Shown here: in pieces, positions 30,301 to 38,894 of the stretch
Position numbering within the stretch: the first letter of the stretch is position 1
Layout of the letters: every line of letters starts with the position of its first letter
Source: Chthoniobacteraceae bacterium
GTDB lineage: Bacteria > Verrucomicrobiota > Verrucomicrobiia > Chthoniobacterales > Chthoniobacteraceae
Assembly (NCBI GenBank): GCA_031409655.1
Contig: JANNXQ010000032.1
Location: forward strand, 1-64,000
Length of the DNA stretch: 64,000 nucleotides
Reading direction: 5' to 3'
The notes under the pieces: model-generated
What the model was told of the DNA's origin: nothing
What the model saw: only the letters and a program-made list of their open reading frames with translations
Databases searched by the model: none
Position numbers and translations under genes: made by a program

Positions 30301-32308
30301 AAAACTGGGTGTCGGGCAGAGTCACGAGGGTGAAATCCGGCCCGGGTGCAGGGGTGGCGCGGCGACCGTAGAATTTCACGGTCAGCGGATCATTCTCCGG
30401 ATCAGATAGGCCGACCTGGAGGGTCACGGGGAAGTTAAGGTTTGGAGCATTCGCCGCTGGCGCGACCGCAGTGATGGCGGGCGTGACGTTTGGATTCACC
30501 GTGACGGTGAAGGGAACGGGCGGCGACGTGGCCGTGGCGCCGCCGTCGTCGGTGACCCGCGCGGTGAGCGAGTAACTCCCGGCGGGCACCGCGCTCCATG
30601 GAAATTGATAGGGCGCGGTCGTGTCCTCGCCGATCTTCGTTGCGCCAGCAAAGAACTCGACGTTTGCGATCTCCCCATCACCGCCGCTCGCCGTCGCGGC
30701 CAGGCCGATGGTCGCGGGCTCCTGCGCACTGCCTCCGCTCAGGGGCGCAGTGAGGGTCACGCTCGGCGCCGCATTTGCGGCAAAGGGCGGACCGGCAACC
30801 CACCCAGGACTGCCGATGAGCGCGCCATTTGGCGCCGAGGGCACGGAGGTGGCGGCGATGATGCTGGCCCCTTCGTTAAAGCCGTAGCGGGTGAGCAAAT
30901 CAGGCAATGGTGCGGCAATTTCGCGCACTCGCGCGCCGGCGATCTGGGCCGGCGTGCGCGCGATACTCCACACCCGCACCTCGTCGATCGCGCCCTGAAA
31001 AAAGCCCGAGGCCGTGCCGGTGGAATTCAGCGCCGTGCCGACCCCGAAGTGCTGGATGCTATCGTAGCGCGGGATGGCGCCCGCGGGTGGGTTGGCCTGC
31101 GTGTTCGTGTCCTTCACCCCGTTGACGTAGAGCTTCCACTTTTCGCCATCCGTCGCGCTGCCATCGTAGGTCGCGGCGACATGGGTCCATTGGTTGAAAG
31201 GCAGCACGGTCGTCCCGAGGGCGGGATAGTTCTGCCCCGCGGCGATGCCCACTGCCGGATAGGCCTCAAAGTCCGCGGCAAGGGTGCCGGTCCCGGCGCT
31301 GATCCCGAGAAAGTAGGCGCAGTCGAGATTGCTCCCATCGGCTTCGCCGCGGCCCTTAGTCACGAGCGGGATCGCGTTCACCCCGCCGCTGCCGGTCGAA
31401 GCAGCCACGCCAGTGCCCGTCCGCAGGAACCAGCACTCGAGCGACAAGGTGCTGGCCCCGAGCGTTTCCGCAGCGGCCGTCATCGTCACGTAGTTACTCG
31501 TGCCATTGAAGAAGAGCGCCGTGGCGTCGGCCGCCCAAAAGACAAAGTCGTCGATGGCCAGGCCGTGTTCGTCGCCGGCCTGGTCATTGTCGCTGATGCG
31601 CAGCCACAGTTCCTGACCCGGCAGCCACGCGAGCCCGCCGATGGAACCGGCGACCCCGCGACGATTCGCGGCCGCGTTGCCATCGAGCGCCGTCGGCGTC
31701 GTGCCCGCAACGATCGGCGCGGTGAAAGTAGTGGCGGCGCTGGTCCAGGTGCCGGAGGTGAGCGAGGTGGCGCTGAGTTGGTAAGTGGAGGTCAGGGTAA
31801 AGGTGTTATTGGCCGTGCTGCTCTTGAACCATTGCTCGCCGGTGTAGGCGAAGGCGACGCGGGTGATCGGCACTCCGGTGTTATTCACGAGCCGCACGCC
31901 GACGTGGAGGGGGGTGTTACTGGCGATCGCCGCCGTCGAGCGCAGGCCGATCGCGCGTTCCGCGCTGGCGGCGGTGCCGAAGCTAAAGAGGCCCACATTC
32001 TGGGCGGCGGTGCTCGTCGAATCGAAGGCGGCGGCGGTTCCGCCCAGCGTGCCATCAGTCACACTATAGGCAGCCTTTGAAGAGTACCAGCCGGGGATGG
32101 TGGTGTTATTCGTCCACGGGACATTGAGGGTGTTGTTGGTCGTGCCTTGGAGGGTGTCGAAGTTCTGGGTATAAGTACCGCCCGTGAAACTTACCTGGGC
32201 TTGTGCAGTAGTCGCGAAGAGCAGAACGAGCGTGACGCGGAGGAGTAAGTTCCAGACCGTGGAGGGTGCTCGTCCGGTGCCGGGCGCTGAGTAAAGGAAT
32301 GGGATCAT
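27389..32308 (-). CDS. Large secreted protein: LamG-like + Ig-like + two metallophosphoesterase domains (second of purple acid phosphatase type) + C-terminal domain
   Basis: WTHVAATYDG..LYVNG..IDEVRVW; domain 1 PDTQ/GDIV/GNHD/GHVH; domain 2 GDCG/GDNAY/GNHD/FHH/GHSH; DSDGDG repeats. Confidence 0.85.
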   Translation of the reverse strand: MIPFLYSAPGTGRAPSTVWNLLLRVTLVLLFATTAQAQVSFTGGTYTQNFDTLQGTTNNTLNVPWTNNTTIPGWYSSKAAYSVTDGTLGGTAAAFDSTSTAAQNVGLFSFGTAASAERAIGLRSTAAIASNTPLHVGVRLVNNTGVPITRVAFAYTGEQWFKSSTANNTFTLTSTYQLSATSLTSGTWTSAATTFTAPIVAGTTPTALDGNAAANRRGVAGSIGGLAWLPGQELWLRISDNDQAGDEHGLAIDDFVFWAADATALFFNGTSNYVTMTAAAETLGASTLSLECWFLRTGTGVAASTGSGGVNAIPLVTKGRGEADGSNLDCAYFLGISAGTGTLAADFEAYPAVGIAAGQNYPALGTTVLPFNQWTHVAATYDGSATDGEKWKLYVNGVKDTNTQANPPAGAIPRYDSIQHFGVGTALNSTGTASGFFQGAIDEVRVWSIARTPAQIAGARVREIAAPLPDLLTRYGFNEGASIIAATSVPSAPNGALIGSPGWVAGPPFAANAAPSVTLTAPLSGGSAQEPATIGLAATASGGDGEIANVEFFAGATKIGEDTTAPYQFPWSAVPAGSYSLTARVTDDGGATATSPPVPFTVTVNPNVTPAITAVAPAANAPNLNFPVTLQVGLSDPENDPLTVKFYGRRATPAPGPDFTLVTLPDTQFYSENLGGTRAAIYHSQTQWVVDQRVARNIAFVSHMGDIVQSGDNGGNPSEWLVADGAMARLENPLSTLTAYGIPWGGAPGNHDLSPVGDQNGTTVFYNQYFGVTRFAGRTYYGGRYGTADNNNNYEFFSASGLDFIIIHLAYRLTADAAIIAWADALLKANPNRRGILTTHWILGTGNPAPWGGAAQMIYEGLKDNRNFFAMLCGHVHGEGQRTDSFEGRPIHSLLQDYQGRTNGGDGWLRYYEFSPANNIIRARTYSTTLLQSETDADSEFTLPYDMQSAMGPWVELATVNVSSGGAGASYVLPGLERGKEYEWYATASDGLHTVTTPTRRFTTRADAPPTVALTAPANNVTFAPGATVPLAATAADSDGTVARVEFFQGGTKLGEDTVSPYTFTWTGVPLGTYSVTAVARDSGGNATLSSAVNVVVSSSGALTRGPYLNQANEHSLVVRWRSSLPVIGRVRYGPSLEMLNLFTDEGAATTEHIVPLTGLSPYTRYYYSVGSSTGTLAGGDAQHTFRTSPFPGTPTDTRIWVLGDCGRANANQASVRDAYYNWTGARTPDLCLMLGDNAYNSGTQAEYDAAVFNMYPTFLRKMPLWSCLGNHDASNGVTDPLANFPYFDMFTFPKNGECGGVISGTEHYFSFDYGNIHFINLDSQTTNRTAGLMTTWLQSDLGSTTKTWIVVFFHHPPYSKGSHNSDTETELIQMRANFSPILEAGGVDLVLTGHSHAYERSFLLDGHYGSSSTFTAAHQKQPGSGRPEGDGAYLKPLTGPRDHFGAVYTLTGSAGEASTSGALNHPAVYVSLRTLGSFNLDINGNRMDATYIESDNEITDTFTILKQGAADSDGDGIPDAYEITHGLDRHNAADASLDADGDGFTNLEESVLGLLASTPDRYPWTVVRTNPNITVTSPTLPGRTYRVWFSNDLQTWSPGSSSVPGDGQNFVWIDDGSATGGLPPGASRRYYRVRVTLL

Positions 32309-33162
32309 GGGGACGGGGCGGCAAGTGCTTGATTGGCTTGCTCGGCGAGGCGGAGCAAGGCGTGGGAGGCGCGGTCGAGGGGCGGGAGCGTGGCGAGGTG
32401 TGCGCGCAGGGACTCCCAGGCGGCGCGGGCTTCGGCGGGGCGGCCGGCCCGGGCGAGGACGCTGGCGCGGGCGGCCATGAGCGGGGGTCGCAGCGCTCCG
32501 GGCGCGGCGGCGAGACGGGTTTCCGCGCGGGCCACGGCAGCGTCCGGACGACCGAGCGTGAGTTCGAGGTCGATGGCGCGTTCGCAGAGCGCGGGGATCT
32601 GGCCGAGTCTCGCGAGGCCTGCGTCCAGGACGCCCACGGCTTCGGCGCTGCGACCGTCCGCGACGAGAAAATTGGCGGTGGCAAAGTAGTCTTCCGGTTC
32701 GGGCTTTCCGGTCGCAGCAAGTGCCGCCGCACTGTCCGCCGCAGCTTGCTGCGGATCACCGAGTTCACTCACGACCCTGGCCCGAGCGGCGAGGGCGATG
32801 GCGTGCACGGGATGCGCGGCGAGGAAGGCGGTCAGCCTGGCCCGCGCCGCCTCGAGCTTTCCGCCCGCCGCGAGCGCCTGGCCGCGGAGTAGGTCGGTCG
32901 CCACTTTTCCAGGTGCCACTTCGTCGATGCGCGTGAGCTGGGCGAGCGTCATCTCCCAGTCGCCGTGCTCGAATGTCAGAGCGGCCAACTGGAAGAGTAA
33001 CGTGGGATCATCCGGGCGCTCCCGGAGCGAGGTCGTGAGCGCATCCACGCGCTCGTGGAAGCTGCCGTGACCGTGAACTTGTGCCGTCTCCAAAAGCGCA
33101 CTGCCGAGAAAGAGTGCGTGCAGGACGCAGCGAGCGATGGAGCAGTGAGCGAACGGACGCAT
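32305..33162 (-). CDS. Exported tetratricopeptide-repeat protein
   Basis: Signal-like N-terminus, Ala/Leu-rich helical repeats; stop overlaps the phosphatase start (ATGA). Confidence 0.7.
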   Translation of the reverse strand: MRPFAHCSIARCVLHALFLGSALLETAQVHGHGSFHERVDALTTSLRERPDDPTLLFQLAALTFEHGDWEMTLAQLTRIDEVAPGKVATDLLRGQALAAGGKLEAARARLTAFLAAHPVHAIALAARARVVSELGDPQQAAADSAAALAATGKPEPEDYFATANFLVADGRSAEAVGVLDAGLARLGQIPALCERAIDLELTLGRPDAAVARAETRLAAAPGALRPPLMAARASVLARAGRPAEARAAWESLRAHLATLPPLDRASHALLRLAEQANQALAAPSP

Positions 33163-33312
33163 GGGGGGAGGCCGCCAAAGCAGCAGTTCGGAAAGTAGCG
33201 CGTTGCGAAGGCTTTGGCCACGACTCAAAAATGCGCGCGGGGCACCCTCTGGGATCGGCAAATTTCCGTCTTCTGTTTCTGAAAGCAGCGGATTGAATCT
33301 TCGCCTTACCTT

Positions 33313-34836
33313 ATGAGATCCATCTTTCCCCTCCCCTCCGCCATCCTCGTCCCCGCGATTTTCACCGCGATCCAGGCCAGCGCGGCAGTGAAGCTCCCGG
33401 CGATCATTTCCGATCACATGGTCCTCCAGCAGGATGCCCCTCTGCCGATCTGGGGCTGGGCGGATGCGGGGGAAGAAGTGATCGTCGCCGTGGCCGGCAC
33501 GACCGCGACGACGAGGGCGGATGCGGCCGGAAAGTGGTCCGTGAAACTCGGCCAGCTCATGACCGGCGGGCCGCACACGCTCACGGTGAAAGGCACGAAT
33601 GAACTGACCGTGAACGATGTGCTCGTCGGCGAAGTCTGGCTGGGTTCCGGACAATCGAACATGGCGATGGCGGTGAAGGGCGCGCAGGACTTCGAGCAGG
33701 AGCAGGCGAAGGCAAATTTTCCGCAAGTGCGGATGTTCACCGAGAAATCGGGCGGAGCATCGGCGCCACAGGACGGCGGCGCGGGTGCCTGGGTGGTGTG
33801 CAGTCCGGAAACCGTGGGCGCGTTTTCGGCCACCCTGTTTTTTACCGGACGCGAGATTCATAAGTCGCTCGGGGTGCCGGTGGGGCTGATCAATTCCTCT
33901 GTCGGCGGTACGCCCATCGAGTCGTGGATCGCCCCCGAGGCGCAGCGGTCGGCGGCAGAGTTGCAGGGATTATTTGCCGCAAGCGAGAAGGCTGAGGCCG
34001 CCGTGGACATCGAGAAAGCCAAGGCCAAGTACGAGCAGGATCTCGCGGCCTGGACCGCAGCCGCGAAGCTGGCGCGCGCCGAGAAAAAGCGCGTGCCGCG
34101 CAAGCCGCAGGACCCGGTGGCGCTGAGGGCAAAAAAGGGCAACATCGGGGGTCTCTTCAATGGCAAAATTGCGCCGCTCATCCCCTACGCCATCCGCGGC
34201 GCACTCTGGTATCAGGGCGAGGCGAATAGCACCGATCCGAAGGCTGGGTTCTATGGCAGGCAGCTCGCCCTGCTGGTCCAGGATTGGCGGGCGCGCTGGG
34301 GCTACGAGTTCCCGATGGCCTGGGTGCAACTGCCGAACTTTGGCGGCCCCGGCCGCAACTGGCCGGCCGTGCGCGAAGGGATGCTGCAGACGCTGAAGCT
34401 GCCGAAGACTGGCATGGCGGTGACGATTGATATCGGTGATGAGAAAAACATTCACCCGATCAACAAACAGGAAGTCGGGCGCCGCCTCTCGCTCTGGGCG
34501 CTGGGCGAGGTCTATGGGAAAAAGGTCGCGTCCACGAGCGGGCCGCTGCCGGCGGGGCATGAGGTGCGCGGCGCGGCAGTGGCGCTCAGCTTTACCCACA
34601 GCGATGGCGGGCTCGTGGCGAAAGACGGTGAGCTGCAAGGCTTCGTCGTCGCAGGGAAAGACCGGCAGTGGAAGCCGGCGCAAGCGCGCATCGAGGGCAG
34701 GCAGGTGATCGTCTCCAGTCCGGAAGTGCACCAGCCAGTCGCGGTTCGTTACGCGTGGGAGAATTGGCCGACGTGCAACTTATATAACGGAGCCGGACTT
34801 CCGGCTTCGCCCTTTCGCACGGATGACTGGAAGTAA
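33313..34836 (+). CDS. Sialate O-acetylesterase (SASA family)
   Basis: DHMVLQ, GEVWLGSGQSNM, WYQGEAN, IHP.NK, RYAW, LPASPFRTD. Confidence 0.92.
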   Translation: MRSIFPLPSAILVPAIFTAIQASAAVKLPAIISDHMVLQQDAPLPIWGWADAGEEVIVAVAGTTATTRADAAGKWSVKLGQLMTGGPHTLTVKGTNELTVNDVLVGEVWLGSGQSNMAMAVKGAQDFEQEQAKANFPQVRMFTEKSGGASAPQDGGAGAWVVCSPETVGAFSATLFFTGREIHKSLGVPVGLINSSVGGTPIESWIAPEAQRSAAELQGLFAASEKAEAAVDIEKAKAKYEQDLAAWTAAAKLARAEKKRVPRKPQDPVALRAKKGNIGGLFNGKIAPLIPYAIRGALWYQGEANSTDPKAGFYGRQLALLVQDWRARWGYEFPMAWVQLPNFGGPGRNWPAVREGMLQTLKLPKTGMAVTIDIGDEKNIHPINKQEVGRRLSLWALGEVYGKKVASTSGPLPAGHEVRGAAVALSFTHSDGGLVAKDGELQGFVVAGKDRQWKPAQARIEGRQVIVSSPEVHQPVAVRYAWENWPTCNLYNGAGLPASPFRTDDWK

Positions 34837-34862
34837 GTTACCGCAAAAACGAATGCAGCCCT

Positions 34863-34987
34863 CGTTTGGCGTTTAGGGTTTGGCGTTTGAAGTTTGAAGT
34901 TATGCCCCGCGCAGCGGATTAAACTCTTCGACCAAGCAGCGCGGTTGTGCGGTGAAGACAACGCCAAACGCTAAACACTGAACGAAC
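34863..34987. repeat. Heptamer tandem repeats in inverted arrangement
   Basis: GTTTGGC/GTTTAGG/GTTTGAA run at 34863-34901 and complementary CAAACGC/TAAACAC run at 34959-34987. Confidence 0.7.
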
Positions 34988-34999
34988 CTCTCTTGCCTC

Positions 35000-36364
35000 A
35001 TGAAACTTCACCCCGTCCTTCTCCACACCATTAGCCTCCTCAGCGTTACCGTTTTCTCCATCGCAGCCGAGTCCCGGCCCAATGTCCTCGTCATCGTGGC
35101 CGATGACCTTGGTTACGCCGATGTCGGCTTTCAGGGCGGCAAAGACATCCCCACGCCGAACCTCGACAAACTCGCGAGCCGCAGTGTGCGCTGCACCAGC
35201 GGCTATGTGACGCATCCCTTTTGCAGCCCGACTCGCGCGGGGCTCCTCTCCGGGCGCTATCAGCAGCGCTTCGGGCATGAAAATAACCCGGCGTGGCTGC
35301 CCGCGGATACCGTCGCCGGACTTCCGCTCTCGCAGACGACCATCCCGCAGGTGCTGAAGACCGCTGGCTACACGACGGGCTGCATTGGCAAATGGCATCT
35401 CGGCGCGCACCCGCAGTTCCATCCGAACAAGCGCGGTTTCGATGAGTACTTTGGCATGCTCGGCGGCGGACACATTTACCTGCCAGGAGCGAAAGGCGGC
35501 GATGAATACAACATCCCGATGGATCGCAACGGCGCGAAGGAGCCGCTTGAAGGCTACCTGACAGAAGTCCTCGGACGCGAAGCCGGCGCCTATGTCCAGC
35601 GGCACAAAAAGGATCCATGGTTTCTCTACCTCGCCTTCAATGCGCCACACACTCCACTCCAGTCCCCGCCCGCGCTGCTCGAGCGCGTGAAACACATCGC
35701 GGATGAAACGCGCCGCGGTTACGCCGCGCTCGTGGTGGGGCTCGACGACGCGATCGGCTCGACCTTCCAGGCTCTCCGCGAGAGCGGACAGGAGGAGAAT
35801 ACCCTCGTTTTTTTCTTCAGCGACAATGGCGGGCCGATCAGCGTGACCCACTGCCAAAACACCCCTTTGCGGGGGGCCAAGGGCACGGTCTTCGAAGGTG
35901 GTATGCGGGTGCCTTTCCTCGTCTCGTGGCCGGCAAAACTGGCGGGCGGGAAAGACTATGCGCAGCCCGTGAGTTCGCTCGACGTCTTCCCCACCGCGGC
36001 AGCGCTGGCGGGCGCGAAAATCCCGGAGTCCGTGCGGCTCGACGGGGTCAATCTTCTCCCGCACCTCACTGGGGAAAAATCCGCCGCCCCGCATGAGCGT
36101 CTCTTCTGGCGCACCGGCGGCGGGGCTTCCTGGGCGATGCGCGAAGGCCGCTACAAGCTCGTGCGTTTCGCGAAGCAGCCGGACCAGCTCTTCGACCTCG
36201 AAGCGGATCTCGCGGAGAGCAAAGATCTCGCGGCGGAAAAACCGGAGATCGTCGCGCGCCTGAAAGTCCCGCTCGAAGCCTGGAACGCCGAGCTCATCGC
36301 CCCGATTTTCGAAAGCCCGCGCGCGAACAAGCCGGCACGGAAGCGCGAGCCCGCAAAGCTGTAG
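35000..36364 (+). CDS. Sulfatase (formylglycine-dependent, Cys type)
   Basis: PNVLVIVADDLG, CSPTRAGLLSGRY, GKWHLG, APH, SDNG. Confidence 0.95.
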   Translation: MKLHPVLLHTISLLSVTVFSIAAESRPNVLVIVADDLGYADVGFQGGKDIPTPNLDKLASRSVRCTSGYVTHPFCSPTRAGLLSGRYQQRFGHENNPAWLPADTVAGLPLSQTTIPQVLKTAGYTTGCIGKWHLGAHPQFHPNKRGFDEYFGMLGGGHIYLPGAKGGDEYNIPMDRNGAKEPLEGYLTEVLGREAGAYVQRHKKDPWFLYLAFNAPHTPLQSPPALLERVKHIADETRRGYAALVVGLDDAIGSTFQALRESGQEENTLVFFFSDNGGPISVTHCQNTPLRGAKGTVFEGGMRVPFLVSWPAKLAGGKDYAQPVSSLDVFPTAAALAGAKIPESVRLDGVNLLPHLTGEKSAAPHERLFWRTGGGASWAMREGRYKLVRFAKQPDQLFDLEADLAESKDLAAEKPEIVARLKVPLEAWNAELIAPIFESPRANKPARKREPAKL

Positions 36365-36397
36365 CGCGTTGCACCACTCGCCCTGGCGCGGCCAGCG

Positions 36398-37705
36398 TTA
36401 GACAGCGGGAAACTCCGCGCGATTGCGCCAGAGATAAAGCAGGCGCCGGGAGGAATTCGGATGCGTGGATCCGCGATCGTTGATCTCTTCCTCAAGCGCA
36501 AAGAGGATGCGATCCGGCTGGCTCTCCACGAGCCCCGTGAGGGCCTCCATCTCGCGCAGCCCCAGACCGCCGGGCCGGCTCAGGAGATCGCGGATGGGGA
36601 TGGGGATCTTCGCCACTCCACGCAAGGCACGCATCCGGCCGATCGTCTCTTCCAGGGCATCGTCATCCGCGTCGCCGCTTTTGAAGATGAAATTGTAGAA
36701 GCCGCGGAGCGACGAAGTTTCATGCTCCGCGAGCCGGCGCTGGATGCCCTGCTCCAACTGCGCGCGGGCCTGCTCCGCATCGACGCTGCCAAAGGGCAGC
36801 GCGTCTTCGTAAGTCTGGAGCAGATCCTTGATCGGTACATGCGCGTGCTCGCGTTTGGCCTCCATGACGCGCAGGAGCAGGGCGGCGCGGGCTTCCTGCT
36901 CGAGTCCGATTTTCAGGTCGCAGGTCAGGGCCGGGAGCAGACCCGCGGCGCGGGCGCCGTGATCGTCGCAGAGGAATTCCACGAGCCGGATCTGGGTCGT
37001 CCAGGTGGAGTAACCGACCCAGCGCGCAAAGCCGAGGGCGAGGAGCGGCGCGCCGAGGAGCAGATCCGTGCCGCGCAGGAAATGCGAGAGGACGAGCGTG
37101 AGCACGCCGGCCAGGAGCGCATGGATGAGGAGACAGCGGCTGGCGATTGGCGAGTAGGGAAAGACGTGGCCGAGTTCATGACCGATGACGGCCTCGAGTT
37201 CCTTTTCATCGAGCAGATGCACGATGGAGCGGTTGAGTTGCACGCTGTTGAAGATCCGCCAGCCGGGGAGCAACTCCAGCCGGAGGGCGTAGGCGTTCAC
37301 ATCTTTCTCGCGGGCGAGGTAGACCCGCACGCGGTGGCCCGCGAGGCCGAGTCGCTCCTGCACGCGTGCTGTCGCCGCGAGCAACGAGTCGCGCGTATGG
37401 CGGCCAAACCGCGCGTCGGCCCGCACGGCTTCGAGCGGTTTCCGATTCGTAAAAAACTGCGCGACGACGAAGTCAAACATCCCGAGGAAGGCCGCGAGAA
37501 AGAGCGCCGCGGACTGCCATCCCGGCAGATGCTCCAGCTGCGCCGACCACCAGGCGAGGCCGCCCAGAATGCCCGCCACTTGGCAGACGATCACGGATAG
37601 GGAGCGCCGCTCGTGCGCCCGGAAGCTCGCGAGCAGGGTCTCGCGGGTCGGCGTCGCGAGCCGCCGCGGCTCCGAGAGCGGGTGCGCGGCTTCGGAGGAC
37701 ATCAT
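36398..37705 (-). CDS. Membrane M48-family zinc metallopeptidase
   Basis: VNAYA, ELEAVIGHELGH, EFLCD, THP; four predicted TMs. Confidence 0.82.
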   Translation of the reverse strand: MMSSEAAHPLSEPRRLATPTRETLLASFRAHERRSLSVIVCQVAGILGGLAWWSAQLEHLPGWQSAALFLAAFLGMFDFVVAQFFTNRKPLEAVRADARFGRHTRDSLLAATARVQERLGLAGHRVRVYLAREKDVNAYALRLELLPGWRIFNSVQLNRSIVHLLDEKELEAVIGHELGHVFPYSPIASRCLLIHALLAGVLTLVLSHFLRGTDLLLGAPLLALGFARWVGYSTWTTQIRLVEFLCDDHGARAAGLLPALTCDLKIGLEQEARAALLLRVMEAKREHAHVPIKDLLQTYEDALPFGSVDAEQARAQLEQGIQRRLAEHETSSLRGFYNFIFKSGDADDDALEETIGRMRALRGVAKIPIPIRDLLSRPGGLGLREMEALTGLVESQPDRILFALEEEINDRGSTHPNSSRRLLYLWRNRAEFPAV

Positions 37706-37711
37706 CGCGCT

Positions 37712-38404
37712 TTAGGTGATGGTCTGAAAGAGCCCGCGGATCATGCCTACCGAAGGCCGCGCCCGCGTTTGATAGATGAGCTTACCCGGGCCCGTGAAGC
37801 GCACGACGAAACCTTCCCCCGAGAAGAAGGAATCCTTGAGCGACTTCGTCAGCACGACGGATTCGTAAGCCAAGGTCTGGGAGAAGGCGACGATGTTGCG
37901 ATTATCGAGCACGAAGCGCTCGCCTTCGGCCAAGGTCTCCTCGATGACGCCGCCGTAGCTCGAGAGGAAGAGCGTCCCGACGCCATCGGTCTTCAGGAAA
38001 AAGAGGCCGCGCGTGGCGAGGAGGCCCTTCAGGCCGGCGTAGTGCAGCTTAAACCCGAGATCCGGCGTGCAAGCGAGGAAGGCCCCGGGTGCCAGCAGGA
38101 GGCCACCTTCCGCCGCCACCTCCACGATCCGGATCTCCCCCATCTGCGCGGGCGCGAGCATGAGGTGCTGGGCGTCGCGTTTTGCCTGATAGACGACACT
38201 GAAAAGACTCTCCCCGCCAAAGACGCTGCGCATCCCGCCAAAGACCCCGCGCTTTTCTCCCCGCTGCAAGCCGAGCTTCACCTCGATGTGAAAGCCGGGG
38301 GTCATCGCTTGCATGGCCCCGGGTTGCGCGAGGATGGATTCGCCCTCGCTCATATCGAGGCGCAGGGTGGAGAAGGCAGGTGCGTGGAGGACTTGGTGCC
38401 GCAT
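37712..38404 (-). CDS. AIM24/TIGR00266 family protein
   Basis: GESI.AQPGAM, GGESLF, GAFLA, SYGG, D..NIVAF, SGEG.V.RFTGPG..YQTR. Confidence 0.88.
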   Translation of the reverse strand: MRHQVLHAPAFSTLRLDMSEGESILAQPGAMQAMTPGFHIEVKLGLQRGEKRGVFGGMRSVFGGESLFSVVYQAKRDAQHLMLAPAQMGEIRIVEVAAEGGLLLAPGAFLACTPDLGFKLHYAGLKGLLATRGLFFLKTDGVGTLFLSSYGGVIEETLAEGERFVLDNRNIVAFSQTLAYESVVLTKSLKDSFFSGEGFVVRFTGPGKLIYQTRARPSVGMIRGLFQTIT

Positions 38405-38487
38405 GGATCAAGCCCGAGGGCACACGAAGTATGCTGCGGCGCGAAGGAAAAACTGCGGACGCTCCCGGAGCGCCAGAAAGCAGCGTC

Positions 38488-38721
38488 TCAGATTTCCGAG
38501 TCCGCCTGACCGCTCATCTTCTTCCGCATGACGTAGCCGATGAAGGCGATGAGGAGCATGATGCCGAGGAAGATGAAGAGGGCGACCATTCGGCTCACCC
38601 CCAAGGCATCCTGAATGAAGGTGATGCAGATGTCATAGATGACGATCTGAATGAACCAGCGAACGATGCCGCCGAAGCCGCCGCGCGCGGCCAGGATGGG
38701 GGGATAAGTGAGACGGTCCAT
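38488..38721 (-). CDS. Small membrane protein
   Basis: 77 aa with two hydrophobic segments and a basic tail; co-oriented with AIM24 and M48. Confidence 0.5.
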   Translation of the reverse strand: MDRLTYPPILAARGGFGGIVRWFIQIVIYDICITFIQDALGVSRMVALFIFLGIMLLIAFIGYVMRKKMSGQADSEI

Positions 38722-38791
38722 AGATCCTCCGAAGGCTCTGCTTTCGTTGGCGGCCGACAAGCAAAAAGTGCTGATTTCGCGGATAGCTTCA

Positions 38792-38807
38792 CGGCACAGA
38801 CTTCGCT
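38792..38807 (+). promoter_or_regulatory. Candidate sigma54 -24/-12 promoter
   Basis: CGGCAC-AGACT-TCGCT (GG-N10-GC) about 90 nt upstream of the dynamin-like ATG. Confidence 0.33.
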
Positions 38808-38894
38808 AACCATGCCTCTTCGAGTCCGTGATTTGGGAGATGTCGGCGCACCGCGTGTTCCAGGGATCGGCCGTTCCACGTCCATGCACTTGAG

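Noticed and set aside
33163..33861. 518-aa version of the TPR ORF
   Set aside because: The extension is antisense to the sialate O-acetylesterase; a signal-like start lies at 33162.
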